From positions 19,654,001 to 19,718,000 of the forward strand of contig OZ024757.1 in assembly GCA_964016885.1 (NCBI GenBank): a stretch of DNA of 64,000 nt. The letters are read 5' to 3'. The notes below the pieces were generated by a model that saw nothing but the letters and a program-made list of their open reading frames with translations, was not told the DNA's origin and ran no database searches. The position numbers and the translations under genes are program-made. Positions 11,801 to 24,579 of this stretch are shown one piece after another. This stretch comes from Eledone cirrhosa (Eukaryota). Position 1 is the first letter of the stretch, and each line of letters opens with the position of its first letter.

Positions 11801-14395
11801 TCAGCTATGTCCAGCATGGCTTGGTTTAGCTTGGCTCAACTAAGCTCTGTCCAGCTTGGCTTGGCTTGGCTCGACTATGTCCAGCATGGCCTGGTTTAGC
11901 TTGGCTCAACTAAGTTCTGTCCAGCTTGGCTTGGCTCGACTCGACTCAGCTATGTCCACCATGGCTTGGTTTAGCTTGGCTCAACTAAGCTCTGTCCAGC
12001 TTGGCTTGGCTTGGCTCGACTATGTCCAGCATGGCCTGGTTTAGCTTGGCTCAACTAAGTTCTGTCCAGCTTGGCTTGACTCGACTCAGCTATGTCCAGC
12101 ATGGCTTGGTTTAGCTTGGCTCAACTAAGCTCTGTCCAGCTTGGCTTGGCTTGGCTCGACTATGTCCAGCATGGCCTGGTTTAGCTTGGCTCAACTAAGC
12201 TCTGTCCAGCTTGGCTTGGCTCGACTCAGCTATGTCCAGCATGCCTTGGTTTAGCTTGGCTCAACTAAGCTCTGTCCAGCTTGGCTTGGCTTGGCTCGAC
12301 TATGTCCAGCATGGCTTGGTTTAGCTTGGCTCAACTAAGTTCTGTCCAGCTTGGCTTGGCTCGACTCAGCTATGTCCAGCATGCCTTGGTTTAGCTTGGC
12401 TCAACTAAGCTCTGTCCAGCTTGGCTTGGCTCGACTATGTCCAGCATGGCCTGGTTTAGCTTGGCTCAACTAAGCTCTGTCCAGCTTGGCTTGGCTCGAC
12501 TCAGCTATGTCCAGCATGCCTTGGTTTAGCTTGGCTCAACTAAGCTCTGTCCAGCTTGGCTTGGCTCGACTATGTCCAGCATGGCCTGGTTTAGCTTGGC
12601 TCAACTAAGCTCTGTCCAGCTTGGCTTGGCTCGACTCAGCTATGTCCAGCATGGCTTGGTTTAGCTTGGCTCAACTAAGCTCTGTCCAGCTTGGCTTGGC
12701 TCGACTCAGCTATGTCCAGCATGGCTTGGTTTAGCTTGGCTCAACTAAGTTCTGTCCAGCTTGGCTTGGCTCGACTCAGCTATGTCCAGCATGCCTTGGT
12801 TTAGCTTGGCTCAACTAAGCTCTGTCCAGCTTGGCTTGGCTTGGCTCGACTATGTCCAGCATGGCCTGGTTTAGCTTGGCTCAACTAAGCTCTGTCCAGC
12901 TTGGCTTGGCTCGACTCAGCTATGTCCAGCATGCCTTGGTTTAGCTTGGCTCAACTAAGCTCTGTCCAGCTTGGCTTGGCTCGACTCAGCTATGTCCACC
13001 ATGCCTTGGTTTAGCTTGGCTCAACTAAGTTCTGTCCAGCTTGGCTTGGCTTGGCTCGACTATGTCCAGCATGGCTTGGTTTAGCTTGGCTCAACTAAGT
13101 TCTGTCCAGCTTGGCTTGGCTTGGCTCGACTATGTCCAGCATGGCCTGGTTTAGCTTGGCTCAACTAAGCTCTGTCCAGCTTGGCTTGACTCGACTCAGC
13201 TATGTCCAGCATGCCTTGGTTTAGCTTGGCTCAACTAAGCTCTGTCCAGCTTGGCTTGGCTCGACTCAGCTATGTCCAGCATGCCTTGGTTTAGCTTGGC
13301 TCAACTAAGCTCTGTCCAGCTTGGCTTGGCTCGACTCAGCTATGTCCACCATGCCTTGGTTTAGCTTGGCTCAACTAAGCTCTGTCCAGCTTGGCTTGGC
13401 TCGACTCAGCTATGTCCACCATGCCTTGGTTTAGCTTGGCTCAACTAAGCTCTGTCCAGCTTGGCTTGGCTCGACTCAGCTATGTCCACCATGCCTTGGT
13501 TTAGCTTGGCTCAACTAAGTTCTGTCCAGCTTGGCTTGGCTTGGCTCGACTATGTCCAGCATACCTTGGTTTAGCTTGGCTCAACTCAGCTTTGTCCAGC
13601 TAGGCTTGGTTTGGTTTAGCTCTCTCCAGCTTGGCTTGGCTTGGCTTAGCTTGGCTCAACTCAAGTCTGTCCAGCTCTGCCTGGCTTAGTTTAGCTTAGC
13701 GATGTCCAGCTAGGCTTGGCTTGGCTCAACTCAAGTCTGTCCAGCTCTGCCTGGCTTAGTTTAGCTTAGCGATGTCCAGCTAGGCTTGGCTTGGCTCAAC
13801 TCAAGTCTGTCCAGTTCAACTTGGTTTAGCTTAACTTAGCTCTGTCCAGTTCAGCTTGGTTTAGCTTAATTAACTTAGCTCTGTCCAGTTCAGCTTGGTT
13901 TAGCTTAACTTAGCTCTGTCCAGTTCTGCTTGGTTTAGCTTAATTAACTTAGCTCTGTCCAGTTCAGCTTGGTTTAGCTTAACTTAGCTCTGTCCAGCTT
14001 TGTTTGGTTTAACTTAGCTCTGTCCAGCTCGTCTTGGCTTAGTTTAACTTAGCTCTGTCCAGCTTGGTTTGGTTTAAGTTAGCTCTGTCCAGCTAGGCTT
14101 GGCTTAACTTATCTCTATCCAGCTCGGCTTGACTTAACTTAGCTCTGTCCAGCTCGGCTTGGCTTAACTTATCTTTGTCCAGCTCGGCTTGGCTTAACTT
14201 AGCTCTGTCCAGCTTGGCTTGGCTTAACTTAGCTCTGTCCAGCTCGGCTTGGCTTAACTTAGCTCTGTCCAGCTCGGCTTGGCTTAACTTAGCTCTGTCC
14301 AGCTCGGCTTGGCTTAACTTAGCTCTGTCCAGCTCGGCTTGGCTTAACTTAGCTCTGTCCAGCTCGGCTTGGCTTAACTTAGCTCTGTCCAGCTC
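8851..14395. repeat. 70-bp satellite (about 67 units, 40+30 substructure on a 5-bp period) grading into 35- and 30-bp units
   Basis: CCAGCATGGC recurs at 8881, 8951, 9021 and onward. 65- and 75-bp variants occur. A pure 30-mer AGCTCGGCTTGGCTTAACTTAGCTCTGTCC occupies 14100-14395. Confidence 0.95.
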
Positions 14396-14537
14396 TGGGA
14401 CGGGATCTGAGATGAGATCCTATATCGGTTTCCGGGTCCAGATATGGCCACCACTGAATATAAGTATATGGAATTTGATTGAAATATATACTAAATAAGC
14501 TCTCTTGTATTAGATTGAGCATTGTTTTCCTCGGATA

Positions 14538-14594
<57 letters not shown>

Positions 14595-14674
14595 ACACTC
14601 TCTCTCACACACTCTCTCTCTCTCACACTATCCCTTTCTCTCTCTCACACTATCCCTTTCTCTCTCACACACTA

Positions 14675-14744
<70 letters not shown>

Positions 14745-14794
14745 TGTAAAAGACTTCATTGTTATAGAAAAGCAATGGAAAAATCAATGGCAGC

Positions 14795-16000
14795 ATCTCT
14801 GTCCATCTCTGTCCATCTCTGTCCATCTCTGTCCACCTCTGTCCATCTCTGTCCATCTCTGTCCATCTCTGTCCATCTCTGTCCATCTCTGTCCATCTCT
14901 GTCCATCTCTGTCCATCTCTGTCCATCTCTGTCATCATTAGCAGCAACAATGCTACACTATTAACACTTTCATCAACTACAATAAACACCACCACCACCA
15001 CCACCACCACAACAGCTGCCACCACCCACTCCACCACCACCACAACAGCTGCCACCCACTCCACCACCACCACCACCACCACAACAGCCACCACCCACTC
15101 CACCACCACCACAACAGCCACCACCACCTACTCCACCACCCACTCCACCACCACCAACTCCACCACCACTCCACCACCACCAACTCCACCACCACCACCA
15201 CCACCTACTCCATCACCACCACCTACTCCACCACCACCACCACCTACTCCACCACCACCACCACCTACTCCACCACCACCACCACCCACTCCACCACCTA
15301 CTCCACCACCACCTACTCCACCACCGCCACTCCACCACCACCTACTCCACCCACCACCTACTCCACCACCACCCACCACTTACTCCACCACCACCCACCA
15401 CCACCACCCACTCCACCACCACCACCACCCACTCCACCACCACCACCACCCACTCGACCACCACCACCAACTCCACCACCACCCACTCCACCTCCACCAC
15501 CACCACACACTCCACCACCACCCACTCCACCTCCACCACCACCCACGCACTCCACCACCTACTCCACCACCACCACCTACTCCAGCACCACCACCTACTC
15601 CACCACCACCACCACACACTCCACCACCTACTGCACTACCACCCACTCCACCACCACCACCTACTCCACCACCACCCACTCCACCACCACCACCACCCAC
15701 TCCACCACCACCACCACCCACTCCACCACCACCACCACCCACTCCACCACCACCACCACCCACTCCACCACCACCGCCACCACCCACTCCACCACCACCA
15801 CCTACTCCACCACCACTACCACCCACTCCACCACCACCACCTACTCCACCACCACCACCTCCACCACCACCCACTCCACCGCCACCACCTACTCCACCAC
15901 CACCACCACCACCACCACCACCACCACCACCACCACCACCACCACCACCTACACCACACCACCACCCACTCCACCACCACCACAACAACAACAACAACAA
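14795..16000. repeat. 10-bp CTGTCCATCT array followed by a (CCA)n-rich tract
   Basis: Direct inspection. Confidence 0.9.
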
Positions 16001-16239
16001 CGACATTGCTAAATGTTAATTAGTGGAGACAGTGATGTATATTATGATAAAAGTAATTAAATGTAAATGAAGCGGTGGTGGTGGTGGTGGGTGGGGTTAG
16101 GTGTTAATTAATGGAAAGTCTGGGAGATGCCAGTCTGGTTTATTGGTGCTGATTTATTAGTTTTCTGCTTGGCCATCTCTGAAAGTTGCACCTGTTTGAT
16201 GTGAGTTTTATATCTATATTATATCTGTATATATATATC

Positions 16240-17375
16240 TATAAAGTGGTCATGTAGGTGTCACCAAGGGCCTTGTTTTTTTTGGGGGGGGGGGGGGGTT
16301 TACCAGGGGGACAAATCTCCCCCCCCACACTTTTTCAAATGTCTGTTATATTTTTTGTTTATTTGATATAAAAAATTCTTAAGCTTATTTCATTATATCT
16401 GAACTTCATTTGAATATATAAAATTTAATTAGCGTAAAATTTTACTTATGTGATAGGGTTCAGGAAAGGCTCCATAAACAATACTAACATGCTCCTTTAA
16501 GAACCAACAAATGTTGGTTCCCCCCCCCCGCCACATTTTTAAGGCAAACGAGGCCCCTGTGTGTCACAACAAAAAGTGCCCAGCCCACTCCGTAAAGTGG
16601 TCATGTAGGTGTCACGACAAAAAGTGCCCAGCCCACTCTGTAAAGTGGTCATGTAGGTGTCACGACAAAAAGTGCCCAGCCCACTCTGTAAAGTGGTCAT
16701 GTAGGTGTCACGACAAAAAGTGCCCAGCCCACTCTGTAAAGTGGTCATGTAGGTGTCACGACAAAAAGTGCCCAGCCCTATCTCTGTAAAGTGGTCATGT
16801 AGGTGTCACGACAAAAAGTGCCCAGCCCACTCCGTAAAGTGGTCATGTAGGTGTCACGACAAAAAGTGCCCAGCCCACTCTGTAAAGTGGTCATGTAGGT
16901 GTCACGACAAAAAGTGCCCAGCCCACTCTGTAAAGTGGTCATGTAGGTGTCACGACAAAAAGTGCCCAGCCCACTCTGTAAAGTGGTCATGTAGGTGTCA
17001 CGACAAAAAGTGCCCAGCCCACTCCGTAAAGTGGTCATGTAGGTGTCACGACAAAAAGTGCCCAGCCCACTCTGTAAAGTGGTCATGTAGGTGTCACGAC
17101 AAAAAGTGCCCAGCCCTATCTCTGTAAAGTGGTCATGTAGGTGTCACAACAAAAAGCACTCGGTACTCACTGTAAAGTGGTTGTGTACGGCACAAGTGCC
17201 CAGTCCACACTGTAAATGAAGTTGGCGCTAGGAAGAGCATCCAGCTGTAGAAACCGAGCCAAAATTTGTTCTGTATGAGCATGACATGGTCACCTGACCT
17301 GGCATTGCGCACAACAGGATAACTCGTCTAACCCATGCTAGTGTGGGAAAATGGATGTTAAACGGTGACGATGAT
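16240..17375 (+). repeat. SINE-embedded 48-bp minisatellite (about 12 units) with SINE tail
   Basis: Unit GTAAAGTGGTCATGTAGGTGTCACGACAAAAAGTGCCCAGCCCACTCT. Confidence 0.9.
16265..16559. mobile_element. hAT-like MITE
   Basis: TIRs CAAGGGCCTTGTTT / AAACGAGGCCCCTG. 8-bp TSD GGTGTCAC / TGTGTCAC (7 of 8 match). Confidence 0.65.
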
Positions 17376-17419
<44 letters not shown>

Positions 17420-17420
<1 letters not shown>

Positions 17421-17828
17421 TCATCATTCATTTCATTTTACGTTCGCTTTTCCCTGCTTGCGAGGGTGGGATGGGAACTGATTCTGGTTTGATTTCTACA
17501 GCTGGATGCCCTTCGTAACACCAACCTCATTTACAGTGAGTGCTGGGTGCTTTTTTTTCATGGCGCCTACACGTCCACTTTGCAGTGTGGGCTGGGTGCT
17601 TTTTTGCCGTGGCACCTCCACGACCACTTTACAGTGTGGGCTGGGTGCTTTTTTGCCGTGGCACCGCCACGACCACTTTGCAGTGGAATGATATGTACCC
17701 CAGTCCCTATCATCTCATTTCTACAGTTGAGTAAACTGGAGCAATGTGAAATAAAGTGCCTTGCTCAAGGAAACAACACATCACCCGGTCTGAGAATTGA
17801 ACTCACAACCTTTCGATTGCAAGGCCAA
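17420..17828 (-). mobile_element. tRNA-derived CORE-like SINE
   Basis: Reverse complement of the 2343/3887 family. A related head lies at 56850-56965 (minus). Confidence 0.85.
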
Positions 17829-19524
17829 CTGTACTTTAGAAAGGCTACAGAATAATGAATGAAACCAGTCTTGGTTTAGCTGGATAATGTCAACACAGTA
17901 GTTATTTCATCAATCTTTTTTTGTCGAACTGCTAAGTCATGGGGGTATAAACACAGACACAAACATAAAGATGATCATACACACACAAGTAAGGGCTTTA
18001 TATATATATTTATATATGTATGTATATGTATATATATGTTTGTATATGTATATATATGTGTTTGTATATGTATGTATATATATGTATGTAATATATGTAT
18101 ATATAAGTGGACAAATATGTGTGCATGTGTGTATACATACACACATACAAAGTAGATGCTTGGCTTGTACAAATGTTATAAAAAGGAGGGTGTGTATATG
18201 TGTGAATACATGTGTATATATGTGTGTATATGTATGTGTATATAGGGGGGTGAGATAATTCCTGCCCCCTCCATCTCTCCCCCTCCACTGCTGTCCCCCT
18301 ACCACCACCACTCCCCTACCAGCACACTACCACACTACCCCTCTTCCACTACCACCACCACCATACTACCTCCATCACTACCCCCCCCCCCCCCCCCCCT
18401 CCCATCACCACTACCACCACTATCCCCTCCACTAACCCCCTATCACCACCACCACCACCACTACGCCCCATGCCCCCTATCCCCCTCCACACACCACACA
18501 CCACACTACATGACCATCATCACACTACCCCCAATACGCCCCCCTCCTCTATCCCCCCAGCATCACCACTACCCCCCACATTACCCCACCACTACGCTCC
18601 ATACCACCGCCACTACACCCCACCATACCCCCACCCCCACTACCCCCCACACTACGCTCCATACCACCACCACCGCCACTACACCCCACCATACGCCCCA
18701 TACCACCACCACCACCGCCACTACGCTCCATACCACCACCACCGCCACTACCACCACCACTACCCCCATACCACCACCCCAGTCTGTCTGTTACTCTGCT
18801 GACATCATCCTCCAACATGTGGTTTGTTCCTAGACACAATGGTAGCACTGTTACAATGTTATTTCATCACAGACTCATGGTTCTTCCCCTCCGCATACAT
18901 ACCCTGGGGCGTAGGGAGGGGGTGGTGGCGGTGTTGGTGATGATGGTGTTGGTGATGGTGATGGTGATGGTGATGGTGGCGGTGTTGGTTGTGGTGTTGG
19001 TGATGGTGGCGGTGGCGGTGTTGGTGTTGGTGTTGTTGTTGGTGGCGGTGTTGGTGTTGGTGATGATGTTGGTGGCGATGTTGTTGTTGGTGGTGTTGGT
19101 AGTGGTGATGGTGGTGGTGGTGGCGTTGGTGATGGTGGTAGTGTTGTTGTTGGTGTTGGTGATGATGTTGGTGGCGATGTTGTTGTTGGTGGTGGTGTTG
19201 GTGGCAGTGTTGGTAGTGGTGGCGGTGGTGGTGTTGGTGATGGTGGTAGTGTTGGTGTCGTTGTTGGTGGCGGTGTTGGTGTTGGTGATGATGTTGGTGG
19301 CGATGTTGTTGTTGGTGGTGGTAGCGGTGTTGGTGATGGTGGTGGTGGTGGTGTTGGTGATGGTGGTAGTGTTGGTGATGTTTGTGTTTGGATTATTTGA
19401 AAAGAAAAATTTTCAGAAAATTATGTGCAGTATCTTTCATTAGAAATATGATGGAAGGTTTTTAGATAAATATAAACACATACACACACATATATATGTA
19501 TGTATATCTTTTTGTGTGTGTGTA

Positions 19525-19569
<45 letters not shown>

Positions 19570-19676
19570 ATGTATTATATATGTATGTGTATGTATGCTT
19601 TTATATATATATATGTGAGTGTGTATGTATATATGTATGTGTATGTATGCTTTTATATATATATATATATATAGTG

Positions 19677-19761
<85 letters not shown>

Positions 19762-20228
19762 ATATGTATATATGTGTGTGTGTGTGTGTATATGTATATA
19801 TGTGTGTGTGTGTGTGTATATGTATATATGTGTGTGTGTGTGTGTATATGTATATATGTGTGTGTGTGTGTGTGTGTGTATATGTATATATGTGTGTGTG
19901 TGTGTATATATGTATGTGTATGTATGCTTTTATATATATATATATATAATGTATGTATATATGCATATGTGTCTATGAATGTGTATATGTGTTTGTGTGT
20001 ATATATATATATATATACACACACGGCCTACCGCATACGGACGCTTTAAGCATTATATACACACCAATTATATACACACACGCACGCACACATATATAAA
20101 TAAATATAAAAACTTAAAACCACAACTGAATACTAACCCATACAATCACTAATACTCTTTTATTCCTAATTAAACCATTTTTCAACTGTGAACAATTTGT
20201 CAGCATTTTCTATTCCGTTTACCAATAA

Positions 20229-20303
<75 letters not shown>

Positions 20304-20783
20304 CACCAACACTTTACTCTCTGTAAAGTTGGTACCACAACATCCAGTCCAAATAAATGAGATAATGAGATCGAGATCGTGTAGGTGTCACAACAAAAAA
20401 ACACAGTCCTCGCTGTAATGTGGCCGTGTAGGTAGCACGGTAAAAACCTCCCAGTCCACACTGTAAACGTGGTTGGTGTTAGGAAGGGCATCCAGCCGTA
20501 GAAAACCTGCCAGACAGTCCTATATGAGCGAGACACGGTCACCCGACCTACCTTGCCTCAAGTGGGACAACTCCCGTCTAACCCATGCTAGCGTGGAAGA
20601 TAGACGTGAAACGATGATGATGATATATATATATATATGTGTGTATGAATATATATATATATATATGTATATAGGATGGCCTAACGCATACATATCCACA
20701 CAAACACACACATATGTATGGAGGTGAGTTATATGTTGATTAGACTACAAGTGTTTTTTTTAAAGCTTCATATCATGTCTCCC

Positions 20784-20853
20784 TATTTTATCTGATGAGA
20801 ACGCAAATATCGTCCCAGGATGATATTTTTTTTGAAATGCGCATAATAAAATA
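20784..20853 (+). ncRNA. Hammerhead ribozyme with extended stem II (family C)
   Basis: TATTTTAT CTGATGA [GAAcgcAAATATCGTCC-ca-GGATGATATTT..] GAAA TGCGCA TA|ATAAAATA. Stem I is 8 bp and helix III is the perfect palindrome ATGCGCAT. Confidence 0.85.
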
Positions 20854-21011
20854 CATGGAACTTTTTTAACCATCTTTTAATTTCTTCTTATATATGTATA
20901 TATATATATGTATGTGTGTATGTATGTGTATATATATATATGTATAAATATATGTGTGTGTATATATATACATATATATATATACACACATATACACACA
21001 TATTTATACAT

Positions 21012-21077
<66 letters not shown>

Positions 21078-21085
21078 TTATACAT

Positions 21086-21140
<55 letters not shown>

Positions 21141-21486
21141 GAAGTTCTATTTAAATTGTTGGGATACAACAAGCAAATATTTTTATAACTGATATAAAGC
21201 ACTCAACAAATTATTGGAGTAAAAATACGATATATTAACAAATGGAAACTATATTTATAAAACCATATTTATTTCATTATACACATATATATATATGTAT
21301 ATGTATATGTGAAGTATATATATATTTTCTATTCTATTCTAAGGCGGGTAAAATTCCCGAGATCCATGGACGAGTTCTCTCCAGCGGTCTCTGTCCATCA
21401 TTATCGCTGCCATGTCCTGCGTCTTCAACAGACCAGTGTCTGTCCTTAGGGCATCAACATACGTTAACCTTGGTCTTCCTCTTCCA

Positions 21487-21522
<36 letters not shown>

Positions 21523-21745
21523 TATATTATATTTTGAGAATAAACTCTCAGTCGTTTACAATAATTAAGCTCCAGGAAAAGCGGCTCTTCCGAGCAGTCA
21601 AATACATTTAAAATATATGATAAACACGAAATGTGTTTACATTGCAACAGACAAAGTTAGCTATTAATGAAATAAACTAATTAAAGTGAATACAATTTGT
21701 CTGTCTCGATATAAGTCAATAAAGACAAGCTTATATATATATATA

Positions 21746-21905
21746 TAGTAGACGAGGGTATATAACATATACACATATATATATATATATGTGTATATAT
21801 ATGTGTATATATGTGTATATGTTATATACCCTCGTCTACTACAGTTGTCTTTTCCTGACCTATATGTAACATTCTTAGTCTGTACGATTGTTTCAATACT
21901 AAACA
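21746..21905 (+). repeat. Short fold-back element
   Basis: TAGTAGACGAGGGTATATAACATATACACAT / ATGTGTATATGTTATATACCCTCGTCTACTA around a TA/TG spacer. Confidence 0.55.
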
Positions 21906-22120
21906 TAGCTCTATCTAGATCAGGTGCCAATGTTACTGTAAACATCTACACTTCCTCCTCCTGCTACGCCCCCCTACTGCATGTCTTCTCTCTCGCTCTC
22001 TCTGGTTCTCGTTCTTTCTCTCTCTCTCTGGTTCTCGTTCTTTCTCTCTATCTCTGGTTCTCGTTCTCTTTCTCTCTCTCTCTGGTTCTCGTTATCTTTC
22101 TCTCTCTCTCTGGTTCTCGT

Positions 22121-22151
<31 letters not shown>

Positions 22152-22296
22152 GGTTCTCGTTCTCTTTCTCTCTCTCTCTGTGTCTGGATGTCTCTCTCTC
22201 TCTCTCTGGATGTCCCCCCCCCCCTCTCTCTCTGGATGTCCCCCCCTCTCTCTCTCTCTCTCTGGATGTCCCCCCTCTCTCTCTCTCTCTCTCAGA

Positions 22297-22335
<39 letters not shown>

Positions 22336-22336
22336 A

Positions 22337-22411
<75 letters not shown>

Positions 22412-23039
22412 CCAGTCTGTCTGTCTGTCTGTTATTAAATGCAGTTGTTGTTACATATCTGTCTGTCTGTCTGTCTTGCTGTCTGTTACAATAATGCAGT
22501 CTTTATTGTTACATGTCTAACTCTCTATCTAACTCTCTACCTATCTCTCTGTCTAACTCTCTATCTAACTCTCTACCTATCTCTCTGTCTAACTCTCTAT
22601 CTAACTCTCTACCTATCTCTCTGTCTAACTCTCTATCTAACTCTCTACCTATCTCTCTGTCTAACTCTCTATCTAACTCTCTACCTATCTCTCTACCTAT
22701 CTCTGTCTAACTCTCTATCTAACTCTCTATCTAACTCTCTATCTAACCCTCTACCTATCTCTCTACCTATCTCTGTCTAACTCTCTACCTATCTCTCTGT
22801 CTAACTCTCTATCTAACTCTCTACCTATCTCTGTCTAACTCTCTATCTAACTCTCTACCGATCTCTCTGTCTAACTCTCTACCGATCTCTCTGTCTAACT
22901 CTCTATCTAACTCTCTACCTATCTCTCTCTCTCTCTCTCTATCTATGGCTAGATGGCCAACCACTTTACAAAATATACTGGGTGTGTTTATCGTGTAGGT
23001 TACCCACATTAGAGAACTTGTCATATCTTTGACACAACT

Positions 23040-23965
23040 GAAGAAGAGTCCTCAACTGATGTTGTGGATGTTATCCAACTGTTTTGCTCGGGGTCTACCC
23101 CTGGGTCTCTTGCTAGTTTGTGTTGCCCATAAAATCTGTCAAGCAGTTCTTTCAGAGACATTCTAACCACATGTCCATAGTATCAGAGCTGTGATCTCTC
23201 AATTCTGAGAAGTAGCAGCTCTACCTGGAGTAACTCTCTGATCTCCGAGCTACACATTCTTTCCTGAGACATTCTAACCACATGTCCATAGTATCAGAGC
23301 TGTGATCTCTCAGTTCGGAGAAGTAGCAGCTCTACCTGGAGTAACTCTCTGATCTCCGAGCTACACATTCTTTCCTGCGACATTCTAACCACATGTCCAT
23401 AGTATCAGAGCTGTGATCTCTCAGTTCGGAGAAGTAGCAGCTCTACCTGGAGTGACTCTCTGATCTCTGAGCTACACATTCTTTCCTGAGACATTCTAAC
23501 CACATGTCCATAGTATCAGAGCTGTGATCTCTCAATTCGGAGAAGTAGCAGCTCTACCTGGAGTAACTCTCTGATCTCCGAGCTACACATTCTTTCCTGA
23601 GACATTCTAACCACATGTCCATAGTATCGGAGCTGTGATCTCTCAATTCAGAGAAGTAGCAGCTCTACCTGGAGTGACTCTCTGATCTCTGAGCTACACA
23701 TTCTTTCCTGAGACATTCTAACCACATGTCCATAGTATCAGAGCTGTGATCTCTCAATTCGGAGAAGTAGCAGCTCTACCAGGAGTGACTCTCTGATCTC
23801 TGAGCTACACATCCTTTCCTGAGACATTCTAACTACATGTCCATAGTATCAGAGCTGTGATCGCTCAATTTAGAGAAGTAGCAGCTCTACTTGGAGTGAC
23901 TCCCTGATATCCAAACTCTGCTTTCTATTGAGCTAAGTTAACCTAGAGACCCTTCAGAGGGACCC
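23040..23965 (-). mobile_element. RTE LINE fragment with an internal 111-bp unit amplified about 7 times
   Basis: TTCTAAC recurs at 23161, 23272, 23383, 23494, 23605, 23716 and 23827. The unit translates IRELLQVELLLLRxERSQL(R/*)YYGHVVRM and is followed by KRPRGRP. Confidence 0.85.
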
Positions 23966-24579
23966 CATTTCAGGTGATTGTGTTCATAATCGTATTCTTT
24001 CGGTCATTACCCATGGTTTGGCAAGGACATTGAATTATTGAATTAAAGATAACAAGTTTCGTTCTTTGACGCCTTCCTCCCTTCCTTCTCTCTCTACCCC
24101 TCCTGTCCCCCCCCCCCCGTAGCCCCCACCTGATATCCCCGCCTCTTCTTTTCCTGTCTCTAACATATGGTCCCCATCTCGCAGGACATATATATATAGT
24201 AGCAATGCAATGTTTTAAGTATGAGGTCCCTAATACACACCATCTGCCCCTGCCCTCACCCCACACCCCCCTCTCAAGGCTGCTCCCTTTTCTGTTTATT
24301 TAACCATATATTCTGCATATTTTTACATGCATATGTGTGTGTACACACACACACACATATGCACACGTGTGTGTTAGTATGTGTGCGTGTGTGTCTCTTT
24401 CACTCCACTGCACACATACTCATGCACTCAATGTTTCCTTTATCAAGCTGAGTATGTATGAGCATGTGTGTGTGTGTATGTATGTGTGTGTATGCGTGTG
24501 TGTGTGTATGTGTATGCATGTGTGTGTATGCGTGTGTGTGTATGCATGTGGGCATGTTTGTGCATTTACGCATTTACGC

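Noticed and set aside
14775-16019. 414-aa Pro/Thr/His-rich extensin-like ORF
   Set aside because: It is the translation of a 10-bp tandem repeat plus a (CCA)n microsatellite.
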